A DNA stretch of 64,000 bases from Auanema rhodensis. Its lineage: Eukaryota > Animalia > Nematoda. The stretch covers positions 10,230,001 to 10,294,000 of the forward strand of contig OZ059900.1 in assembly GCA_964057225.1 (NCBI GenBank), given 5' to 3'. Below, one piece after another: positions 38,809 to 52,300 of the stretch. A model generated the notes under the pieces. It was not told the origin of the DNA. It did no database searches and saw nothing but the letters and a program-made list of their open reading frames with translations. The position numbers were made by a program, and so were the translations under genes. Positions within the stretch are counted from its first letter, which is position 1. Every line of letters starts with the position of its first letter.

Positions 38809-40988
38809 ATGAACATCACATACCCACATGACTGTGAACGTATTCCGTCGTTAGATCGGCTTGTTGAGCACAATATCATCGACCCACAGCCAAATTTTAC
38901 TGGTTGCTTGCCACAGGTAATACATTCAATTCATCTTAACTATGATATAATTGGTCTAAAATCATATTTAGTGCGGCATATGTGAACATTCGTTGAGAGA
39001 AAGTCATTATGTTCTTTATAACTTGATAATATCTGGCTTCATCCTACCACTTATCGGTTTATTAGGTTTAATTGGCAACGGCCTCTCAGCATTTATTTAT
39101 AGTCGACCTGGTAAGTTGTTGATAACTTGTAAATTCACACAAAAAAAAGATATTGAAGATTAACTTTTTTGATTCATCTTCAGCCTCGAAATAATAATAT
39201 CACTTAATTCAAATATAATAATATTACTTATTTCAAGATATGCGTTGCTCAACAAATTTATATCTTTGCGCTCTTGGCTGCTCAGACAGTGCTGTCATAT
39301 TAACTGGAATTTTTCTTTTTTTCGTCGAAAGTGTCCGCAAATTTTCGCATAATCTTACCAGAATATTTGGGGTATGTTGCTTTCTTGTAGGGATTTGTAA
39401 ATATTTTTCTTCGTTGTCTGCCATTGCCGTCAATTTACATTATCTTACCTCCTTATTTTTATCTCATTACATTGCGATTCAATTGTGAACGACGACGACA
39501 GACAGGGATAAAAAAGCTTAGCGAAGATGCAACATATTTCCTTGCATCTTCTATATACAGATATCTCTTCTTTTCAACTTTTTTCACAAATTCGAAACTA
39601 AATTTAATTCAATTTAGGCATTTTCTCCAATTGTTTATCCAATGGGTATGACGGCCCAGACATGTTCCGTATATTTTACAATAATGGCTGGAGTCGACTG
39701 CTTTGCTCAAGTACATTAACACACTCATTCTTATCTTTTTCGCTGAACTCTAACCATATTATCTTTTCTTTTTAGGTATGCATGCCAGGACGCGTGCGAG
39801 AATACATTGCTAGACCGGATTTTGTGCGCAAATGCGTATTCGGAGTGCTCATCTGGTCTGTACTCTACAACATTCCACATTGCTTTGAAGTATGTCAAAA
39901 ACTGCTTATTCTATTTGTGCTTCAATGTAATATGTCGACATAGTTGTCAATAGTATGAGTTACAACTTAACAAATTCATCACTTTTATCACCTTAGCTTA
40001 AAATTGTTTTGTTTAGCAGCATCACAACATTCATTTCATACAGATGTAAAATGAGAATACACATACACATATACACAAAAATCTCTTCCTTCTTCCGTTT
40101 TTTTTTAAAGTTTTATGTTTTTTAAAGGCAATTGTGATTGATTGTTATCATGTTGGCTTTGATGGATCCTCATGGGAAGTATGTCCTGAAACAATGCGAT
40201 TTAACGAAGTGTAAGTGATAATAAATAATATAAACAATCTTACTCTCTGCATAAATAAGCCCATTTCCTGTCATAAATAATATAAAAAAATATTGATTTT
40301 CTACAGATATCAAACTATATACTACCAATATATGTATGCAGTATTTTTGGCGGTTGGCCCACTTGTCATACTTGTCATTTTGAATACTTTTATTATATGT
40401 AAGTTATTTGTTATTTTCATAATGTGTTGGATGCAAAACTAACTGTGTCATAAAGTTTCTCTCTGCTACATCTGTCTTCCTTGTAGGTGCGTCAGTATTC
40501 GGCAATTCAGCAGCCAGCAAAGACGACACTATCTCATTGGTACATATAAGAAACAGATAAATTTCATTATTTAATTGCTACTTGCAGGTTTTGGTCGTTC
40601 TGTTGTTCATAGCTTGCAATGTAGCTGCTCTTCTCTTGAATACATTTGAAGGACGAATTGAAGAGTTAATTGGTCCAAATATCAACTATTTCGTTGATCT
40701 CTCGAATCTGTTAGTTGTATTCAACTCCAGGTAACTTGATTTATTGCCAGTTTTTCAAAATATCTTGTTGTTTTCAGCTTCAACTTTGTCATTTATTTTA
40801 AATTTTCAAAAAGTTTCCGAACAACCTTAAAACGTTACGTTTGTTCAAGCAAAGAGAAATCTGCACATACGGATGGACCATGCTTACCGCCAATCGTTAT
40901 AACCGAAGAGCAGTCAGAGCGGACACGACTGTGCCGCGAAACGCTGGGCAAGCTTCTAGCTGCAGGTCAAGCGGAAGTTCTCATGTAA
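38809..40988 (+). CDS. FMRFamide/neuropeptide receptor-like class A GPCR (frpr family), 10 exons
   Basis: TM1 GLLGLIGN; MRCSTNLYLCALGCSD; AQTCSVYFTIMAGVDCF; LYNIPHCFE; YMYAVFLAVGPLVILVILN; LFIACN; DLSNLLVVFNSSFNFVIY...SFR; TAA at 40986-40988. Confidence 0.9.
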
Positions 40989-43077
40989 TGAGTACATAGA
41001 TAAATTTATTAAGTATCGAGAAATATTAGATTATTTCACATGTATGAGAATGACCCTAAACACAATTTGTGAGAAAAAACACTTGAACACTGACATGATG
41101 AAATTTTTATTTTGGAACAAATATTATAAAATATGATTAACTGCTATTTTTGTGAACTTTTTATTTTATTTTCGTTTTACCCAACCTCCCACATCTCGAA
41201 CTTTACTACACGTTTTCCAATACTATTGCCATATACTAAATACAATTTCGATTGTGATATTGAACCTATCTGGTAATAAATATGTGCACATGTTTAACAT
41301 TATTTTCCGTCTTTTTCCTTGATGAGGCAATAGAATCAGCTGTTTGGCCAAAGCATATTGTTATCTAATGCATTACGGCGTCGAAAAAAAGTAGGAGTAT
41401 AAAGAAAACTTGAGCAAAATGAGCCAGAACTTTGTATTGCAATCGAAAGATTAAGCCATTTTATAGTTTTTTCACTCTATCATCTATTTTGTCTGTTTTT
41501 AGCGCACACTTTCAGCTTCAACAATTTGTAACATTAAACTGCAATGGCTAAAAAGTTGATGAGAGACACGTGAGAATGTAGGTGGCTGAATATATTGAGA
41601 ATGGTGACAAACCCCTAAAAACTAGCTCAACTGCTATGCCACCAATACAGCATCCCATCAACAATCTTGAATCAATTTGCAGTTCAAATCAGTAAAGTTC
41701 ATTGTGAAGCATAATGAATCTTCTTAGACTTTCGCCTGCACGAACGTAAATCATCTACAAAGAGCAGACTGCATTGACCCAGGAAGTGAAAAAGATCTTC
41801 AACAGCATTTTCCATTCGGCTTTCTACTTCTTCAATATTACAACTGTAACGAGGCTCGTGAGCTATGCAAGATGAAGATTTATCTCATATCATTACTTCT
41901 CATGGCTGATTTATCGAAACGTTTTCGCTCGTCGTTATAGTTTTTTTCTATCTGTAATTACATCGTACGCATCTGGTTTTGACTGAATATTCTAAATTTA
42001 ACACAAATATTAATAAATAGCATATAAACCAAAAATAAAAATAACAAAACATCTACAAGAAATTTATCTACAATTCAGTTTATTGGTTGAACATTTACAA
42101 AATGCAAATCAAATAGTTGAACTATTAACCTTTTCTTGAATAAAATAAAAAAAATAGGATTAAATAGAATATTATACATGAAAATTCATGCTCTAATTAT
42201 GATAATCAGAATAAAAAAGGGTATAGTTATTTCAAAATTTTCAAAGAAATTCAATCAGACAATCCCTTTTTTTCATTTCTCCACAGCTTAAAAAGAACAA
42301 TATCAGTATGAAACCAGGTAATTTGATTTCCATAATTGTAATTTTGCTGTATCATGGGTGAAATTAAAAAAGGAAGATTAATGCATATGAATGTGTGTGA
42401 GTATGATTATAGCAAAAGCATATATATACAAGCAGCAGTTAGAGGATATATCTTGCGCAAGCCTAATTCACAAACTGAAAGCTTCAGTATTCAAACACAT
42501 TCAAACACAGAAATAAGTAGGAATTTCTGTTAAATTATTGAAAAAGAATATAAAAGAAAAAAATTAGAAAAAATTTAGGAAGGGTAGAATTGGAGAGAGA
42601 AGGTTAGATTGTTTGCTTCAAATAAATTGCGGTCACACAGATTTCCCGCCATTTATTGAACCGTTTCATACCAAATATTTATATTTTTTTTAAAAAAAAG
42701 AAAAAGATATTCATATTTTGGCTATAATTTTCAAAAAAAAAAGTATATTCACATGTCATTTTAGCCTAAGACTAAACGTTTTATTTGAATAATCTTCTCA
42801 ATGGAAAATATATAATTTTGCTTGTAAAGGTCATCAAGTGAATGTTGTCACTGTCCATCGTCAATTCACTCATTTGCTGGAGATATTCAAGTAATTCTTT
42901 TCAGAGTTGTGAGATTGGGAAAGGCTTGTGTGACTGTGAGAAGTGACAGTCATAGCACAGTAAGTGAGGCATCAAACTTGAATATTTGGTATAATTTAAA
43001 CGAAAATAAAAACATTATTATAGAGCAACAAATATATCTTACAGCCATATCAACGGATATTGTAAAGCTGAAGTTTC

Positions 43078-46000
43078 TTAAAGCATTTGAGCACTGTTGT
43101 TGATATTTCCTATGAGGTTCTTTTTGTTATTTTCAGGTGAAGTAGCCAATACGCTGTAACCATCTTCAGTGTGTTGAGTGCCTGAAAATGACATAGTTGA
43201 ATAATATCAAAGAAATTAGTAATTTGTCATTTTCACTGTTAATTCAAGATTGTTACCTTGTTTCAAATATTTTTCACATAACTTTCCAACCACAGCAGCT
43301 CCAATAGCGTCACCATGTACATTAACAGTTGTTCTGAAACATTTTCTTGTATTCAATTTTTTTCGGTTATTATTTTCCGTTGAACTTTTTTCATTATATT
43401 TTTTGTTATAATTATTCTGATTTACCGTATACGATCGAGGAAGAAATCCACTGGGAAGATAAGAATGAATAGATTTGATGGCAGTCCAATAGCAATTAGC
43501 ACCATAATCATGGTAACGATTCCTAAAATTTAATTTATTTCAACTAGTTTCATTGAAAGAATCATCTATTAACCTGCTTGTGGAATACCAGCTGCACCTA
43601 TGCTTGCAAGTGTAGCAGTTAATGACACAAGAATAACTTGGCCAATGCTTAAATTCAGTCCAACACATTGTGAAATGTAAATGGCAGCTACAGCTTCATA
43701 CAAGGCTGTGCCATCCATATTGCTAAAAAAAATTGAAATTATATATTACTTTTGAAGAAAAGTTTTGTGATAAAAATAAACAAAAATTACATCGTTGCTC
43801 CTAGTGGCAGTACGAAACGTGCGACACGACTGTCCACTCCATTATTTTCCTCAACGCATTTGATAGATAATGGCAGTGTAGCAGAGCTGAAGTTTTTGAT
43901 TTTTGAAAAATGGTATTAAAGCAGTTATTGCTTAAAATTGATAATATATACTAACCTAGAACTGGTAGCTAATGCTGTTAGTAATGCTTGTGCCATTCCA
44001 GCCACATACTTTATAGGATTTCGTCGTGCAAGCTAAGACATTTTCAAATATATTTGTTATGAATAAGCATAAGGAAGCTTACCACTATCATGATTATCGG
44101 CAATATGACAAGGCCATGTAAGAAGAGGCCAAGTAATACTGTGATCATGTATCCCATAAGGCGTTGAAGCTCTTTTCCAGGATCTGTCATGCCCACAATC
44201 TGAGAAGCAATCAAGAAAGCTATTCCGATTGGCGAATACCTATAACATATATTCTTGAATTCAAATTATTATATGATTAATATATACTTATATTATATAT
44301 TAAGTATACTGATTATGACTTACCAAATAACTAGTGAAATCAAGCGCATGCTGATAGATTCCAAACTCTTAAAGACAGCCTTGAGCGCATTTCCTTCTTC
44401 TCCAATGAATCCAATCGTGATTCCAATGGCTACACTGAACATGACAAGTCCCAAGATGTTCATTCCATCGGATGAAATTTTTTCTGGCACTTCGGTAAAC
44501 TTCAAGCGTTCCTCTGCAACAAGCATAGTCGGAGTCAGTATGTTATTCGCACTATGAATTCGTATTACCAGGACTAAGTGCCAAAACAACATCTGGATTG
44601 ACCTTTTCGGAACCATTCAAGAATTTCATGCAAACTTTGTATGAACGAAAAGTGGCTTCTATCAGATTTTCAGGGAACAAGCTCCTGAAAAGTTCCTTTT
44701 ATTCTCGACAAAATTTGCAAATCCATTCATTAGTCAATGAACAACGTTTGAGCAAATAGTTCACTCACTTAACCAGATCAAGTATAGTATCAACAGCATT
44801 AGAGATGCATGGTGTCTGCTTAACTTCACCAACTAATTCTTCCACGTTCGTCTTTGACCATTTTCCAGGCTCGATCATCGTAACCAATATGATTCCTAAT
44901 TATGAAATATTAGGAAACAATACTTGCTGACTCTAGAATCTCTGGATCAAATGGCCAGATAGAGCAATGTACAGCCAAATAGTAATGACAAATCAAATCC
45001 ATTTTGTATTTATCATTAGTTTCAATTCATTCTATTGATTACCTGTAATAACAGCCATCATTGTTGTCACAAAGTAGTAGAAGAGAGATATCATGCCAAG
45101 CTTGCCAGCTGTTTTCGAATCAACGGATGCCAAGCTCGTACTGAAAATGATTTATTTTGTTTCATTCAACTTGAATTATTTAATATTTGATTTCAAAATA
45201 TCATTTTTGTTCACCTAATTTTCATTAATCTTTTGCAGCAAAAATCAAAAATCTTGCTGCTTTTAGAAATTCCTGTAGAATAATGAAACTATGCGTATTA
45301 CTCTTGTTTCTTCAGTTATAAAGCTTGATCACATGCAGCAACATTAGCAGCAACATTGTTCAATAAGCTGTCAGGAATGTGTTGCTCCTCATCAATATAC
45401 ACAACAGCAACAATAGCATAGGAGCACATATCATTGTGATTTGATTCAAATTAATTAGTTTTTCTTATTTGTTGCTTTGCCAATATACATTCAGCACCAA
45501 GATGGCTGTTGCGGCAAAAAATAAACGTCATTCCTGTTACCCTTGTGAGCATTATGTTTGCTGCATTTTCATACAAACATCTGCACTTTCAATGACCTGG
45601 CAAAGATCAAAAAATCACATCTGTGAATAGAAATTCAAAATCTTCTTTCAAGTTATTGATTTTTGAAATTAGAAAATGTTTTGTCTCGTCATTACCTCAA
45701 TGAATACTTCATGCTGAAAGGTGAAATAGACATTAACATTGAAACTCAGGTTTCGTGGCTTTGTCATATACTAAGACTATTATATATATATATATATTTA
45801 TCTACTATACGTATAGATTAAGCCATATGTCAGTCGCAATTTTGATTTCATCGCTTTTTTTTTGATTTTTTCAGCAGGCAGCGTATATTTATCACCAAAA
45901 AAAACTTTCAAAAAATCCATTTTTTTGTACACTTCTACTTACGTATTCCCCTCAAAATTAAAAAAGCTCCAAATATTTTTCATAAATAACTTTTGATAAA

Positions 46001-46354
46001 CAGGTTTGTTTGCATATTTGGTGTTTTTATCTGTCTATATCTTCATAGATTCATATGAAAATAAATAAAAATAATAAACTCACACAATACTTGACATAAT
46101 AAGGGGAAGAATGAGCATCTTCAGCATTTGCACAAATACATCTCCGGGAAATCGTAGGTAACTCAAATGTCGCTTGCTCCATTTTGTCTAAAAATACAAA
46201 GCAAAACGATTACGAGATTGAAAAATATTGAATAAATAAAATGAAAATGATTATTAACCTCAGGATCACGAAGTGATATGCCAAGAATAGTGCCAGTTAT
46301 AACGCCGCAAACTGTCAGCACAAGAAGAAGGTTTTCTTTCGACATCCACCGCAT
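43078..46354 (-). CDS. glt-4: SLC1/EAAT glutamate transporter
   Basis: KENLLLVLT; [26 protein letters not shown]; [18 protein letters not shown]; ALATSSSSATLP; [18 protein letters not shown]; [15 protein letters not shown]. Segments match GLT-4 as recalled. Confidence 0.92.
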
Positions 46355-49300
46355 TGTTGGTTTTTTTTGTCTGGTGACAGAATAAAATTATTTTTGGAAT
46401 TGAACAAAAAAAATTGTAATTGAGAGGTGGAGGACATTAAAATCAATTTTACACGTAATTTAGTTAGGAAAACAGCCACAACAATGATAGAAGGAGAGAA
46501 TTGAGAGATGCAGAAATATTATGAATTGGAGCAGTGACTGAAATACTCTCGAAAGATGGCGAGAACAAAACATGGCACCGTTTTGCTCTGTGTGCATGGG
46601 TGTATATGGGTATGTGTGAGAAACAAAAAAAAGAAATAAGAAGAACATAGTTTCTGATTGAGAGGAGAAATATGGAAGACCTCTTGGATGATGTTTTCTG
46701 ATTTCTGTTGTCTCTGTTGTCACACCAGCTAATCAGGCCAAGAAAACTTTCAACTTTCAAGGTTACATACAAACTTTTATTCCATTTACATCTGCTCATT
46801 GACCAAGCGTTTTCCTAAGCACAATTGCCAGTGACAGCTTGATATTACTGGCGACAAACTGCTGAGATTGCCTAGTCAGAGTCTTTGAGTAGCTAGATGC
46901 TTTCACTTTGCCTACCTAGTCACAAGGAGATTTGAAAGAAATTGAAAAGTTCAAGAGCAAAATAGCAAGTAAAAGGAAACCGATTGAGTCTAAAGAAAGT
47001 GAAGAAAAAAGGGTAAAATGAAAGAACTGCTAACAGCTAATATAGGATAAACTTGATAATAATGTTTTATAAGAAAACGTCATCATATGCAATAAACATT
47101 TCTAGGAATAACCAGCAATAAGCAACATACAAGAATGATTATGAATATTTCTTTTATCTGATATGAATTGAATCCAATAGAGAAATGAATCTTTCTTCGC
47201 ATTTTTTTGCTTTATTTACTATTAGAATTTATATTTTCTTTGGCCTCTTTCTTAAATTCATTATTTTTCAATTTAATTTTAGATTCGATTATGTAAGAGG
47301 AGAAGATAAACATGACAATCTTCTCCTCATTTTCAAAAGGCTTTCAAGCTTCAGCATCAGATAGCAAAGAGTTGAATAAAACAAAGATGAGAAAAAAATT
47401 GAAACATGTCTCTCTACCAATTCTCGTAGTCTCTATCTCTTTTTTCTCTTCTTTTTTTCTCTTTATTTCACTTTTCCAAATCGAGTTTGTCGTTATTGTA
47501 TTTCAGTCGTCTTTCCGGGTTTACATCCCGTACAAGCATACTGTGTCACAATGAGTTATACCAAACATTAAAGAGACATAGACATTTAGAGATTTGGAAG
47601 TAAAAGTTATTGGTTAACAACAAGTATTTGAATGAAGAAGTACATTTGAAGGTGCAGATTATTCAATTGACTGAATGTATTGGAAAGAAAAAGAGCTGTA
47701 GCCAATAAAGAGAGAGAGAGAGGGGGAGAGAGAGAGAGAGAGAGAAAGCAAAAGATAGAAAGAGCGAGAAACGAATAATACGAGATGCATATATCATCCA
47801 TCCACCTACATCCGTCTTCCATTGCTTGTTTTTTCTTAAGAAATGGAAATCTTAGCATATTGGATAAACATGATTCTTATTTATGATAATCTTTACCTTA
47901 TATGCTACTTGTCACATAAAAGCTAAAACATGACATGTGAAGTACATGCGAGCGCAACCAATCAAAGTAATTCAATCCAATTTTGTCGTCTTTTTTTGCA
48001 AAATTAATTAACCGAAAAGGTCAGTCTGCTAACTAAACGTGTACAACCTTTCGATTTCACTATTTTATGAAGATAGCCAAAAAGGCAGAAAAATTGAAAT
48101 AGGATTGTATTACCAGATGCGAAATCTTCACTTCACCCTAATAAGATGAGTTCAGCTTTGTTGTTGATGCATGTATGTAGTTTTAACATACAATTAATAA
48201 CTTTCCCTCAAACTTATAAACCAAGGGCAAAAAATGTTTCATATAACATATAGCTAACTCAAATAAACTGAAATAGCAATGGAAAAACTTAGAAATCGCA
48301 TGAGTAGAGAGGTATTTTCATGGATGTCGGAAACTTGAAAAGTTTTTTTTTCAAGTTTATAACAAACATATGAAAAGGAGAAGTTTTCTTTTTCTTTTTT
48401 TTTCTATGCTCGTTTTGTCGACATGACAATGAGCCAGATAGCTGTTGTTGACTGTTTAGTATATCTTCCTTCTAATGCGAGAGAGGGGGTGTGAGATGAG
48501 TAGAAGGTTGTTATAGTATATGAAATAAAATAATTCAAAACAATACGTTTTTAACTTTATATACTATATGTATATAAACAAATAAATATAGATAAATGTA
48601 TATATACATATCAATATATCGGATTTACTTGTTATTTGTTTTTTCAAAAAAAAAAAAAGTTTTTTTAAGTTGGAAGAGAAATAGCTGCAAATGAAATTAA
48701 GTTGGCAACATGTGATTGAGATAATGTAAACGATTTATAAATGTTTTAGAATGTTATGAAGGTACGGAAATGCTAATGAGAATGGTAGGTAAGAGAGGAA
48801 GAGCGACCATGTTAGATATTCCAGAGAACGAGAAGCTGGTGAGCGGACGGAAGAGATATCGAAAGAGTGAGTTCGCTGAAAATTTTCGCTTGACTGGCGG
48901 AGGCGGAAAAAAGAAATTAGTGACTTATGGAAAAAGTCTTCGAAAAGTTTGAATGAATGTTGGAATTGAAGGGGTTACCCCTCTTTTACATTACCACCCT
49001 CTTTGTCAAAGTCTGGCAGCTTTCTGTCTTTGCATCTATCTACCTTTTTTCATTTCTTATTCACTTTTCTCTCTCTCTCTCTTTCTATCTTTCTTTCTCA
49101 ACATCTCTACCTCTTTCTATCTACTCCTATATCTTTGCCATCTTTTGCTGTTAGTTCTCTCTGACAACGGCAACTTAAAAAGCATGACAAAGGAAATGTG
49201 CTCTTGTGATGGAAAAGTACTGGAAGAGCAGTAGGCAGGTGAAAATTGTCAAAGGAAGCATTTAATAATGGCTTTTAAGGTGTTGAACACGGTACAAACG

Positions 49301-52300
49301 CCTTAAGAACTGAAAGCTTAAGTTGTGAATTAAAACCAAAAATCACCAACACAAGCCGAGGAAAGAATTGTAGCGAAGAAAGAGAAAGGAAGTACTGAAG
49401 ACATACACATGTACATCAACGAGGAGGAAGCAAATTTTAAAAAGTTTAAGCGATAAGAATAACTTGGTAGAGAGCTAAATAGGATATAAAAAGCATAAGA
49501 AACCAATTTATCTTCGAAGAAAAGCAAAGAACACTTTGCATTGTGTGCATATTACGGAAAAATGCTAGCTCATTAAAGCATAGAAAAACAAAAAATGTTA
49601 TCAAATCGCTTCAATTTTTCGAAATTAATTTTTTTTTAATTTCAATACCGATTGAAGTGTTGCATATCTACTTATCCTGGAAAAGAAGCTAGCATGTCAA
49701 CTACATGCTATCTGGTTAAGACATCAAATGGAAGGAAAAGATGATAGAGACATCTGTTTCAGCAGCATAGATCGACGACATATCTCTACAAATGAAGATC
49801 TTAAATGTATTTGCAGTTAGTAATGTATTTTAAACGGAATTATCTATGAACATTTATAGAGAAGTGAAACGTGAAGATGAAATAAGTAATATGCGTGAGA
49901 TAGACATTCCAATCTAGTTATGCAGTTAATGTTAGTTCGTAACCGACTCTTTCCCCTTTTCCGACATAGCATATGCAACTTCTCTCCTTTTAACATTCTC
50001 TCTCAGTTTTCTTATTTTTCTTCCATTTCCCTCTCTTTTGGTCTCGTGCTTTTGAAAGCTCTAATGTTGTCCCTCTTTATAGCGCAGAAAAAAGCTGTGT
50101 GAAGCCTTACAACGTGTGTCATAAATGTGTGCAACTTTTCTTCAACTGAATTCCTGTGGTACTATCTCTTATTCTGCTCTTTTGCTTTCTCTATCTCTCC
50201 ATCTTACTTTCTGTCTCTAACTGTCATTCTATTTCTACGCTTGATCTCTCTCTCGCCCTTTCACACATTTAATACTTACTTTCTTTCAGTTTTCAGTTAA
50301 CTTCTAATTTTCACCATGTCACAGCAACTCAGAGAAATAGTAGCTTTCACTCATGAAAAGCAAGTTGTGCCCAACGTTAAACTTATTATGTTTCGCGCAT
50401 ATGCATGTGCTTATTTAACCTAACTTTTACCTGACCTGACTAGCTTTTACTATTTCATCTCATTCACCGGAAACAACTTTGACTATGACTTCACATGACA
50501 TTGGTCGTAATGTATGGAGCTTGTTTCATGCCTAGATTTCAAGATGACAGCAGCAGGAAGAAAAACAGATGAACAGAAATCGGGGAAAACCCCCTTTCAT
50601 TTTCTGTGTCTCTATTATTTCAATACTCTTTTTATCTACTTGCTCATTTCAAATGAGCAAAGGCAAAAGCTCATACATACATAACTAAACATACATATAC
50701 ACAAACATACACATACACACATGTGACAGTTGAAACTAATCGGGACCATAGTGCTTGGTCAAACGATGCACATTAGTGTGTGTGTATGTGTGTGCTGACT
50801 TTCAACTCAGGGTTATAGATCAAATATATTCATCATTTAGCTATTTTGAAAATTCTAAAGTATTTAACATATATTTTCATAAAATGAAAAGAAATAATGT
50901 TAATATTGGAAGAAAAACTTATTATGATGCAACCCCATATATGGAGAAAGAGAGGATGAGAGAGAGAGAATTAGAGATTAAGAGTGTAAGAGAGAGAACA
51001 AGAGAAAGAGAATAGGATCATATTCTCTCTTAATATAAGCTGATAAAGAAATACACAGAAGAACAAATGAGTTTTGATGCCATAAATAAGAAAGGAAAAC
51101 CCCTTTGCAAATTAAAAAAAATGTAGAATTCAGCTATACAATACGCATAATCTTATAGAATATACAAGGTTAGAAAGACTAATCATTGAAACCAACTATA
51201 ATTTAATTCACAATCAGAGCCAAAAAAGAGTATATAAACGAAGAATTTGGAATTGGAAATGTTTAATAACTAAGAATTATAATACAAAGAAATGTGTACA
51301 TGTTCTTCGCAACAGCTTTTCTACTGATATGCTGAAGATGAAAAGCGCTTTATGTAAGCATGCCATAAGCAATAGCTGACAAATCATCTAACTAAATTGC
51401 TTAGGATGTTATGGAGTAGTGAAAAGTGAGCTTGAACGACAAAAAAAGAAGAACGGATAGAGATCATTTAAAAATTTTCATTCAAAATTAGGAATACAAG
51501 ATGAAAAAGACGGAGATGGCAACAGGGCAAGATGGGAAGAAAATGAAAAATTAGAAAATGAAATAGAAAGAGAAAAAGGGAAGAGAGTGAGAGAAAAAAA
51601 TGAAGAGAGAGAGAGAGAGAGAGTGAGCGAATAAGCAGGAAACGGCAAAACCAAGACAACGCATAATGTCAACGACAAATGATCTGAACAAGGTTCTGAG
51701 GATGAGAAAGTTGATGTTGTTTGAAATGACAGCACAACCGAAGAAGAATAGATTGCTAACAAGTCAAGTATTAATCTCAGCATTATAAAATAATAAATGA
51801 TATCGTATAAAATCATAAAAAAACGCATAAGTTTTGAAAGTATATGTGATTTGAAGCTTAAACACAGTAGAAATGAGATAATATTGCCTTTATATGTAAT
51901 TTCAAATAAAATCCGTAAGCCTTTGATGTGTATTCTGCCATTTTCAATCTCATAACTTTGATCATATTACACACATACAAATCATATAAAAAAACTGTTG
52001 GCTATAGATTTACATGGAAAAACGTATAGAAAAAGCTTGGAGAGGATAAAACCAATAAAGATCAAAAAATTCTATATTCACATTATATTATTTTATATTA
52101 TAATATGTTGATGTGATCATAAATAATAGAAAAAGGATGGAAAACTAACTCGTTGTTCAAATGCATTTCAATTCATAAAACTAAACTTGAAATATAAATC
52201 TTCTATTTTCTCTCTTTCTCTCTCTTTTCCAGGTCTTAAGTTGTCATTTGGCACTTATTGCATTTTGAATCTATCCATGTGACTCAGTGATCAGGCTGAC

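Noticed and set aside
45675-45740. Possible pre-miRNA hairpin in a glt-4 intron
   Set aside because: Pairing is broken by several loops, and no known mature miRNA matches.
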